Assembly (NCBI GenBank): GCA_013115145.1
Contig: JAAPAO010000359.1
Location: 1-36,803, forward strand
Origin: Perkinsus chesapeaki ATCC PRA-425
Lineage: Eukaryota; Protista; Perkinsozoa
Length of the DNA: 36,803 nt
Reading direction: 5' to 3'
In this document: piece after piece, positions 21,175 through 32,000 of the stretch
Layout: each line of letters opens with the position of its first letter
Numbering within the stretch: position 1 is the first letter of the stretch
The notes under the pieces: model-generated
What the model was told of the DNA's origin: nothing
Databases searched by the model: none
Seen by the model: the letters and a program-made list of their open reading frames with translations, nothing else
Program-made: the position numbers and the translations under genes

Positions 21175-21326
21175 AATTGCCCGCGGAATTCCCTTCCCTA
21201 TGATGCATGCATATATCCTGACTCTGCAGCACGCCGTGTATATATAACACCAAGGTGCCCTCTAGATAACGGATAGTGCATTATACAACGAACACCGATG
21301 GTCAACTCTCTGCAATGACCCGCGCC

Positions 21327-21863
21327 CTATACCGGGAGACCCCCTTGAGATATACCGTTTACATCGGGCCTATGGAACACTTTAGTCTTTCTGGAAGGCA
21401 AGCCTTGGCGAGCAATGAAGCAAGAGAAGGAACAGATGATGAGAATGTGAACTATCCACCTACTACCTGGCTCTAGAACTGGCAGAAGTATGGTCTTGAG
21501 CACCTCCATGTGAACCGGATGAGCACTGTATGTTTTGTAATCTTCGATGGAGTCGAATGTGACCAAAAACATTAGGTCATGATTTCTCTCTGGATCCAAC
21601 CCGAGGTCCCTATATGCCTGACAGGACCTCACGCTTCAATCATACTTCCACAAGATCACCTCGATAGATCTGACAACAGGAATCTGCCTCAGTCGTTCTC
21701 GAGAGTCCATAAGCCTTTGAATTTCCTCCTCAGTAATGCCTTTTTTAACCTTGAAAGTCACCATATGCGTTACCCGGCCCCTTCGAGACCAACAACGTGA
21801 CAGATATACCGCTATAGCCAGCGCGCCGAGTGCCGCCAGCATTTGGACGGAACGACCGGTCAT
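21327..21863 (-). CDS. Dabb protein, copy D, with an N-terminal hydrophobic anchor; last exon uncertain
   Basis: MTGRSVQMLAALGALAIAVYLSRCWSRRGRVTHMVTFKVKKGITEEEIQ...IPVVRSIE|AYRDLGLDPERNHDLMFLVTFDSIEDYKTYSAHPVHMEVL...LEPG. Confidence 0.87.
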
Positions 21864-22015
21864 GGCCAAGGGAGAAACGAGAGCCGAGGATTGACAGAAA
21901 CTTAACACAAGGCGAATGGATACGTGGATAGGAGCCCTCCGATAGAAACTATAAGACAGTCTGCCTGCTGCTGCTCTGCCACCAAACTTGAATGGTCTCA
22001 GGAACTCATCGACAA

Positions 22016-24770
22016 TTACTCTTCTTCCTCTTCCTCCTCCTCATCAGAGTCTGAGATATCCTCCTCATCATCAGACTCAAACTCCTCCCATGGTACCTAA
22101 CAATGTTAGAGTAATAGAGGAGAGAGCGGTGAGAGAATAATAAAGGAGAGAGAGATTAATAAAGGAGAGAGCTGTATGATGTTAATGATGGAGAGCTGTA
22201 TGATATTACAGCATAGAGCCTAATCATGCTCTTAGAAGGCTCCTTAAGAAGCAAGAACTTCCCGGCGAAAGAGCCACCATCTTCCTGCTCCTCCTCATCG
22301 GCACCAGGTGCCTTGTATTGCATCACAAGGTCCACCACAGCCTGGACTATACCGAAGGCATTCGAGGGGTTCATTCTGATAGAAAAACCGTAAAACGCCC
22401 CTGTGGCAGATAAACTCACCCAATCTGCTTGGCGAAGTCTTCTGTCTTATACGTCTGCACGCTCAACAAAGAGTGATGGAAGGGATCGTTCATTCGTGGA
22501 CGAGTAACATATCCGAGCTTGAACACATTAGTGCCAGCAACATAAGCACTCGCAACCCAACGACCCAACTTGAAGGCGTTGTTATGAACCTGAAGACCGC
22601 CGTGATGAAGTGCCCATATTGGAGACGAGGATAGTACCTCAGTAGCCAAAACAGCACCCTTCTGGGACTCGAGGCAGCTCTTCCAGGGTTGCTTTTGTTG
22701 CTGGGTTGATGGGATCCTGAAAAACACATTTCGTTCTATTCGAGATGCGAGAAGTTCAATGAATAGTAAATGGGTTACTGGCCGCTGACATGGCGGCCTC
22801 GGCTATCATCCTCTTGTAATCAAGTAAAATGACACAATAAAGGGGACATCAACTGTATATCAATCTTCCATATAAAACAGCACTCACTTCCCACATACCG
22901 GGGATAGGAACGCGCATCACCATGTGATACATACTACCAATACGATATTGCCAAGCCATGTCCAATATCCCTCGCCCTCTGGGACTCAAGTTCCCCCATC
23001 GAGAGTGCCTTCCCCTCAACTCACTCATTAAGTCCTCGTATCTTGGCGTATACAGGCTCCTGTCCCTCAGGTTGAGGGATGTAGGCATCAACCTCGGTAC
23101 GAACAATCATCGATATGTTACGACTTCGGCTCTCCTCGGGAACCACTGGCAGTTGGACCTTACGGTACCTGTCTTTGCTCGTAACAAACCCGATATCAGC
23201 ATCCAAGGGTCACCTGTAGGCCACGTTGCTGGGCGGCAAAGTCTCTTCTTGTTCCTCCTCCTCGTCGTCATCATCCTCATCACGCTGGTCAAAGGGATTA
23301 GGATACTCGTTCTCCTTCTCCGGTAAGGTTGATGATAAAAGCTAAAGCAACTATGCAGCACTAAATGAAGAAGAGTACCCTACTTGGACGGTAAGATTCT
23401 GATTGATACAGGTGGCCTCCTCGCCGACTTTGTAGACAGTATTGTAGGCTTCAGCATTAGCACCTTCACCCTCACCAGCGTGGGTCGGTGGGGGCTCGCT
23501 GCCTAAGATAACAAGTATCACATAGATAACAGATATATTGCTCAATTATAATATCCCTCATCGTCGATGAGCTTACTCGTCTCATTAACAGTCAACATGT
23601 CGAGATTCGAGCCTTCTCTGGTATCAATAAGGATAGTATTATCCAACCGTGTGATAACCAAGTCCCAAGAGTACACCGAGCGGTTCGCTGCCATCAGCAC
23701 TGATAGCACCTGATGATGATGACAGCAGCAACATCATCGTCTGATACATATCCCATTCCCCAGCTCCTACGCTGTCCGTGCAGGCGACAGTGACGTTTTG
23801 GCCAGTAGCGACCGGTTGGTTGGCCAGTAGCTGCTCGATAACAGGGTCCTGGCCTGTAGAGACATTGTAGAAGGCAATGTCTGGGTATTGCTTGACAGGC
23901 TTCGGCACTACAAAGGAGAACAGCAGCATGTGTTATAATTATACTAATATTGCCTACACTTGGGGGAGACTCTATCATAGGTCTTGTCATAAGCCTTAAG
24001 ACCAGTACCGCACCACACCAAATCTTCATAAGCAACGTTCTTAGGATCGACGTGCGCCTTAGCCAACAGCGTGAAGGGTAGTTCGCGAACAAGCTAAATC
24101 AGAATGAGTGAGGGCACGGCGCAACAAGCGCCCCTCCTTACCATCCAATCAGGATTGGGGGTAACGCTCCAATCCTTGATGCCTCTAGCAACACCCTGTC
24201 CCCGGCCCCAGCCTTGCTGATAGGCACTCTGTTGACGTCCGCCTGACTTGCCTCCTTTCTGGTACCGACCATCACGTTGGTGTTGTTGCTGATAACGGTT
24301 ATTACGGTGATCCTGCCACCGAGGCTGGCTGTATCTATTGATAGAAAAACCGTAAAATAGATGATAAGGCCATGAAGGAGTACTTGTTGACATGGTGCTT
24401 TCGGGGAGCTGATGAGGTATCAACCAGCTGGAAGCCTTTGTCCTCCTCCTCGCTGGGAGTGGCGCTGGCTCGGCCTCGACCGTAGCCTTGAGCGGCCTGC
24501 ATGTCACGCATGCGCTTTCCCTGCTGCGAGAAATCGCAGACGCGGACGTTACGATAACCATCGACCAGTGAGATGAGATCACCTAAGAAATCGCGGTGTA
24601 CACGTATCGACCTATTTTGCATCTTCCCCGCTCAACCTAAAGATTCCTTTTTTACCAGGGATTCCGCTAACAGAAGTTGAGCCGCCTATCTGATGAGGGC
24701 CCCATTCCTCCGAGTCGGCCGCTGGAAGGTTTAAAGGCTCAAATATAGGTACGTGAGGAGAGGATGGCAT
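22016..24770 (-). CDS. eIF3d: Eukaryotic translation initiation factor 3 subunit D (about 10 or more exons)
   Basis: Collinear eIF3d motifs: EEWGP, EEEDKGFQLVDT, DWSVTPNPDW, FYNVSTGQDPVI, LMAANRSVYSWDLVITR, NLDMLTVNET, EATCINQN, MIVRTEVDAY, KIRGLNE, LESQKGAVLATE, NNAFKLGRW, FKLGYVTR, GKFLLLKEPSKSMIRLY, and an acidic tail. Confidence 0.95.
22138..22204. repeat. Short direct repeats in the last eIF3d intron
   Basis: TAATAAAGGAGAGAG at 22138 and 22157; GAGAGCTGTATGAT at 22167 and 22191. Confidence 0.8.
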
Positions 24771-25301
24771 CTGTCCAACTACAGTAATCTCCATTATAGC
24801 TAATCCCGCTCAAGACCCTGCACGAAGTGATCCCAGCGCCCATGGATTCAACGCCTATCCACAGCTCTATGAGTTGCTAAAGATACTCTATGGAGTCCGA
24901 GAGTGTTAATGTTGTGCAGGTATTCCACAGGACAAGCTCCCAAATTATCATTCATGTTCGAAGGCCAAAAATCGAAAATTTTGGCGGAGCGAAGCGGTTC
25001 GTGATCTCCGTTTTTGTATTGAAGAAACGAAACTCGACAACTCTACGTAAGGGGACCTGATTGAATGAGCCTCGAGCTTCACTGCATCCATCGGCTATTA
25101 CCCACGGACCTTACCTGCCACTTTAGGGCCATCGTAAGCCGAACTTCATGGCTCGAGGCAGATATTCAGCTCTAAAAGACAACGGTGCCAGCGTACATTT
25201 TCCACATTTGAAGTGATTTACATCTCATCGCTCATCTATCAATGAGGTGTTGTAGATTTATTTTCAGTAGATTGTTGCTTGGCCTATGATACCCGACTGA
25301 T

Positions 25302-26741
25302 ATGTCTCATCCACCGCATGTTGCAACGTATGAATCACCGACCGGTGCAATTTACACAGTTACCAGAATCTTGGGGAGAGGAGCCTTTGGAACTGTCAGC
25401 CAAGTGAGGCCTCGAGTGCCATTCAAGGGTCTTAATTTTCACGGCTAGGTACGACGAGAATCTGATGGCTGTTTGTTTGCACTCAAGGAGATAGAGCTAA
25501 GTGAGAGTAATGTTGGATCGCAACAGAAAACCTTTGAACCCACTACAGCACATTTGACATCGCGGTTGAATGAACTCTGATGTTCAGCCTTATAGGCACC
25601 ACGCTGCCCATAAGAGAAGTCGCAACCAACATCAAAGATACTCTTCCTGGCCGAAGAGAGATACAAATCCTATCGCGGCTCTCAAGAATTTCCCCTAATA
25701 TTGTCCCACTTGTCGAAGCTTGGACGTCTCAAGATGATATTTTGATAATAGGTAACGCGAGACAAGCGCTAGTGGCGCGAATGACGGCGTGATTTCAGTT
25801 ATGGAATGTGTCGATGGTGGTAGCCTACGAGAGACACTTGACGAGTGAGTCGAGCTCGAGCTCGAACGTCTTCTGTGTGGCTAACGTCACAGGTACCGAC
25901 AGGAGGGCAGGAAACTGCCACTTGATACGACCAAAAGATGGCTTACACAGCTTGCTGTGGGAATGGCGGTCATCCACTCCTTCAATGTGGGTTAGTCCAC
26001 ACCGCACCTGAGCAAATGTGTTGATGAGATAGATAGTTCATCGAGACATCAAACCGTCCAACCTTCTTCTTACGCCGGATATGACTCTCATCAAAATTGC
26101 TGATCTCGGCCTGGCCAGGGATGAGTCAGCAGGGTAGTAGTTTTAGAGCTCTGTCATCAACTGATGATGTCATACATTGCGCCAGGTCAACACTGTCCCG
26201 GTCTTCGATCGCGGGAACTATATCATATTGTAGCCCCGAAGAAATTGAAGGTAAAGAGCGACCAGTCAGCTATTTGAACCAATATCATCGTTCTGCGATT
26301 GTTAAATTTCGCCCATATTCGCCCCCTTCGTCACAGACTCTCTGACAGAGATTCCAGCGACATCACGTTCGGATATCTACAGTCTCGGTTGCGTCCTTCA
26401 TGAGATGATCAGCGGTACGAAGGCATTCCAGTGAGACACACTTGCCCTACCACCAAGCTCATCCCTTCATCTTTAGGGGGCCGCTCATTACGATAGCGAG
26501 GAACATCGCAACAGGCTGTTTTGAGCGCCTTAAGCCTGAATCTGCTCTGGACAGTGAACTCATTGAACTCTGCCACAGAATGATGCTCTCTGAGCCTGTC
26601 AGTACCTGCACACACGTGACGCTCGACTGCTGATCAGGCCGGTCGTCCAACTGCTCTCGAGATTTTGGCCACGCCATGCCTGCAACCCTACGTTCGGGAA
26701 TACCTCAGACAGTACGTAACCGATCGTAATCGCTCTGGCTG
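25302..26741 (+). CDS. Multi-exon NEK (NIMA-related)-like Ser/Thr kinase; 3' end unresolved
   Basis: MSHPPH...[12 protein letters not shown]|[96 protein letters not shown]. Confidence 0.85.
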
Positions 26742-27537
26742 GTATGTGAACATGAAGATACCCTGCGATCGCGTTGCGCTTTCCAAGCCTTGATACACAA
26801 TCCAACCTCAAAAGCGTTATTACGACAACCTCCACTGACGCCTTTTCTACCAACGGTAAAACGCCTTTACCCATGCGATCATCACACTAGGGCGCGGTTT
26901 CAGGGTCTCCTCAAAGGCGGGCTTCGAATGAGCAGTTCAGCATCCTGCATGTAATTTCGTCTTTACTTGGTTCAAGTATCTTTGTCTTTTGATAGCATCT
27001 CCAAGGTGAATGGTTCACTGCATACGGGAGCAAGATCACCATCGATACCAATGACTGGGTAGAAATCGAGGAACTCCCCGGACAAAAGCTACAGTTGAAG
27101 CTGTGAGTTTATTGAACTACGTGATGCCTATAGGATGTGTTTTTATTAGTACCAAGCTTTATAGGGAGCTTCATATTTCCAAGACTTGTGAAATTTGTTG
27201 AATAATTTTAGGGAATTAGTGATTCGCTCGGGGAGGGAAACTTTTCAACAAGAGCAAATGGGTCGACAGACCTTCTAAGGTTCGACAAATGCCATTATTC
27301 GTCCAGTTTCATTACAGAATCCCCTTACGACATTTCCTCCGCGATCTTATTGAAGTTTGCATCTTCCACCAATCACTGAGACTATATCAGTATTTCATAT
27401 ATAATTCGGAAGCAACTGTCGGGAATTTTAAAGTTAACACTGAGATAGCGGCCTTCTTGGAAAAGTAGTCCGGTGCCACCGGATTTGCTCACCGGACCGG
27501 TGCTCGCGGAATTTTTTGAAACACTCGGCCCAAAGGT

Positions 27538-28260
27538 TTGACATTGTTGCATTCTGCCTCATCTCCAGAGCAAGCAAGAAGTCCTAGTCTCTCTCCCATA
27601 GAGCGATCTCGACTGGGAGCACTTCTGATTCACGTACTGGAATTGAATGGTCGGCATCCAAGTGCTGTGTTGAGTATAACTGAGAGTTTTGTCAGTGATA
27701 CTAAAACCGGCTCATGGGTGTTAGACGGGAGAGATGCAAACAGTGAGAGAGTAACGTGGAGACTGGATGTAAACCTAATGGCTGTGGTGTGATGTCGTAC
27801 TGGTGGGCCTTCAGGAGGAGGAGTCCCACGAAGGTAAAGCTTCCTGGAAACGAGGAGATGGTTTCCTAAGGTTAGTGCACACGCCCTTCCTGGAATCAAG
27901 CTATTGTTTAACAGCCGGAAAATGGTGTGGATTCGGCGACAGAGTGCTGAGCCTCTTCCAGGTGGAAGATTCTTCTCAGCCCTTCACCCAGCAATACGTG
28001 AGAAAATCATCATCATCATCATCCCGTTCCGTGTGCGGCGACTGCGGATCATGTTTCTTCAGCACCACCCGCTACGAAGGAACTATCAGACGGGAAGCCA
28101 TTCGCCACCCACCCACACCCTCGACCCTGAAGAAGCAGCGGCATGTATTACATTTGCAGCATTAGACACCTCCTTGGAGTTGAGCTTATCAATCCTCTAC
28201 TCGGCAAGAGGGCACACCTACCTTGCACCACCGAAGCAAGCGTGCAACACTCATTATTGA
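27538..28260 (+). CDS. Hypothetical multi-exon gene
   Basis: Successive ORFs (27538-27792, 27803-28165, 27904-28260) with GT/AG junctions. No reliable motif; reading frame not resolved. Confidence 0.3.
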
Positions 28261-28422
28261 ATTTCATTCCGCCATAAAGAACCGCGCATACTCTAAGTCC
28301 AAAGGGGTTCGTAAGAATAGCTTTCCCCTGTTGGAGAAGCCGGGGGGCTGCTCGCCCCACATAACGTCTGGGCGACTGAGGGCGCAGTTGCGGAATAGCT
28401 TAATTCGTCTCACTTGGTCAAA

Positions 28423-28818
28423 ATGCCGGAAGGAAAGAACATCGTCTCAGATATGGACGAGAACTCGGAGATGCGGACCGACGCTGTAACCACTAGGCGT
28501 GTCAGGAGCCGTTATTATTTTCATAGATTGCGCAAGCATCCATAGCGATTCAGAAATACGAGACGGAGTACGAGATGGCAAAGCACATAAAGGCCTTCTT
28601 TGATGGGAAGTACAATCCCAACTGGATGTGTGTCGTTGGTAAGTCGACGGCCCATCGCTCGAATAGTCCATCGGATACAGGCAAAGACTTCGCCAGTTTT
28701 GGCACTTACGAGACCAAGACTTACCTCTTCTTCTACGTTGGACAGATAGCGGTACGGCAAGCTTATCAGTATGTTTGGCATTCGCTTACTGTAGGTACTC
28801 CTCTATAGGATGTTCTGA
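28423..28818 (+). CDS. DLC1: Dynein light chain type 1 (LC8 family), 4 exons
   Basis: Exons 28423-28485, 28527-28638, 28681-28751 and 28795-28818 give MPEGKNIVSDMDENSEMRTDAIAQASIAIQKYETEYEMAKHIKAFFDGKYNPNWMCVVGKDFASFGTYETKTYLFFYVGQIAVLLYRMF, matching the LC8 pattern KYNPTWHCIVG...FYLGQVAILLFK. Confidence 0.95.
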
Positions 28819-29001
28819 GCACGTAGCCATGACTTGCCTGATGAACGTTGATATGAATTTGGAGTGTTGCGTTGACAGAGTCACGAATAACCGCTCCAGT
28901 GCAGAACAGCTCGAAGGTGTACCCTTCGGCTGGTGATCGGGCAACACCAGTTGATTGGTGACCATACCCGTAATCGCTACTTCTCGAAATTGTTAGTAAG
29001 A

Positions 29002-32000
29002 ATGGCTCCTAGTATGGACCATACTGTATGGCGACCTCTTGATCGCAGTTCTGCTGTGGCTGTCCCGTGTTATACAAGAATGCCCCATTCTAAATCCCGA
29101 CGAGCGAGACGCAGATCTAGCTCGTTGAAATCGCTCAAGCTTAGCAAGCACTTGGGACGCTGCAATAGACGAGGGTCAAAGCTCAAACGACGAAGCTCAG
29201 AAAGCGCATTGAAAACAACCAACTTCTTGGATGATACCCCAGAGCCGCCCACTGCGGAAAAGCAAGTGAAAGGCGCTGGAAGAAGGAAGAGTAAGCAACT
29301 CTTGCCTTCAAAGAAGATTCTGAAAGGATTGGCGATGGCTGCTCAGAAAACATTCAATATCTGCTCATCGCCAAAGATATCGACTGCTTTTGCTTATCGC
29401 ACCCGCTTCCCAGGGGTAACCTGATTCATGTGTAGGCGAGCCGCCACCGTGGGGTATACATCCTCAAACCGGTCTCCCTCTGATACCAGTAAAGGATTGG
29501 CCCGAACACCTGAAGCCACTACCACTGTGGGAACACAGGCATGGCCTCTACGACGTCTAGCATCCCCAGGCACCCCAGCAGAAAGTTCGAGATGGAAACA
29601 CCTTATTGTGGCCTTGGAACTGACGCACTCAGCGGCATGTCCGATTCGGCTTTGGCGATGTTGGTATTGGATTTGCCAACGAAGTCATACCACAACAGTA
29701 GGCTCCGCCGTCTCTTTGTTGGGCACGCGCACCATTTTCTGGGGAGGTGAATTACTTTATAAAACCACTTATACTGCATCAAATATAACATAGGCACTAA
29801 AGGCCACTTTTACACCCTCTTCAAGGGCAAGCCGCCAGCTCTGAGAAACTCCGTTTTGTGATAAAACATTTTTCCGATCACTGCGCTCAGGTGCAGATCA
29901 TCCTCTGAAGCCTCCTCAGGAGCAGTCGGCTACCGCAAGGTCTACAGGACCCTTGAGCGCTTCGCAGCTAGCGGATCCACATGCAAATTGTATCATCCAG
30001 GAAAGAGAATTACTCCAGGGCGTTTGCGTAACGCTCGACGGCGATCGTCTAGTCCTTAGGGTTGGCAATTGTTCGTAGGTCTACAATAGACAACGAAGTC
30101 CTATATGCCTTCAGCACTTGGTTGATCAAGCTTTGAATGATAGAGATGTGGTTATTGCTGGTAGATTTGGTACGGGGCGGTTGCGGCCAGGTGCTTTTCC
30201 TTTGAAACCAATGTGAGTCTTCAGTTCGGTTCTAGCATTAAATTAGACTGGAGCAGGTACACTCCAATGAATGCCGAAGACAATACGCTCATCTTTGAGA
30301 GTCGATTTGAATCCGGTAACCTGCAAACGGCTGTAAAGGTGGGCGACATGGAGTTAAGGGTGCCCAATGGGACGCGTCCCACCTCCGACCTACAATGCCA
30401 GATATGACCTAGTGGTCTCCCCCGATACTGCTACATACGGCAACACGCAGTGGTTTTACTTTCGCGTTAGTAATTTGAGGAAAGATTACTGTGTGAAGCT
30501 AAATCTGGTAACAACGATACACCCACAACTTCGACCTACCGCGCTAGGTCACAATGGGCAAGCCGTCCTCGCTATTCCAGAAAGGCATGGAGCCTGTTGT
30601 GTGGTCCACTCAAGAGTGAAGCGATACAGGACAGCTGCGCCGAGCCAGCTGAGTTTCTCAGTTTCTACCAGGGAAGCGGCGTTGGCTGGGTCAGAGGGTC
30701 CGGAGTTTGTGGAATACAATACGGCAAGACTAACACCGATCGACACCTATTAACTAGGTCAATATCAGCGTTCAATGTAGAGGGTTAACTTTCCTGTCAG
30801 AGTTGCCGCGGCCTTGAAAGTGGGGGAGGAATGCGACGGAGTCCCTGCTGTTGAGATAGCGCGTAAGGGCTGCTCGAAGACTTACCGAAACTCACCGCTT
30901 CGAATTCGCTATCCGCTAGTGTTCCTTCAAACTCGCGGTTCAAGTGCAGGCGACTAGGTGACCTCCGACGAGACCCACTTTTGAGAAATAATTCTTCGGT
31001 TGCTGTTGCATCGACCGCCTGTTGGAAGGCCTCAGCCTGCAAGGGTGGCCGGTAGAGGTTTCGCCGACGGCTATGGATGTCTGCGAACATTGAAGCTGCC
31101 ACTTCAACTCAGGCCAGACAGCTTCCTTTGTCGAAGCTAGTGCTCTCACGTTCCAGTATACGCCTCAATGGGATGGTGATACGGTCTACTTTGCGTACAC
31201 ATATCCTTACACTCTTACGCGGCTTCATGACTTCATAAGCGAGATGGAGAACAGTCGCGGAGGACGGAGGTGCTCGCGATGTCCTCTAGAGAGAATCAAG
31301 AGGCTCACATGTAGATACCTCACCCGTTATCCCCTCTGTCGGACTCTTGCCGGCAACCGGGTGGACGTGCTCACGATCACGAGCTCACGTGACGAGAACG
31401 CAGAGGCAGATCCGGAGGAGATGCCCACGCCAACACGGAAACAATACGTGGCAATCACAGCGCGGGTCGGGACCTTGGTGGTTCGCGAACAGACGGTCGA
31501 ATATTCCTTCTTGTGACAAATTCGCCACTTGCTTTGTTCTCGAGTAGTAATATTGAAGCAAACAAACTTCTATTCATTCAGTTACATCAGCACTCTTAAT
31601 TTCCAATCTGTTTACGTCTCATACCTGCGGGGACGTTCTCACATGAAAGAGTGAATAGCGGTTGGGCTGGCCCAAATGTTGATGTCGCCAACTTGATAAA
31701 GTTACCAATCAGGTGCATCCAGGAGAGTCTGTCTCTTCCTTTGCGTGCGAAGGCTTGATAAGAGAGCTTCTGTCGGACACCGCGCTGGCGAAGAAGCTCC
31801 GAGCTAACTACATCTTCAAAATTGTACCCTTTTGGTGGAGCGTGTTTGCAGGGCTCTTGGATCAGGTGCCGATGTTGAACCCAGACGGAGTTGTTCTTGG
31901 TAACTATCGCGCCAACTTGAGTGGTCGAGACTTGAATCGCGTTTGGAATCAACCCTGCAAGTTCCTCCACCCGACAATGTAAGTCTAGCTCTTACAGAAA

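Noticed and set aside
30797-31149. Minus-strand ORFs within the CCP locus
   Set aside because: Antisense to a well-supported plus-strand gene; no recognisable domain.
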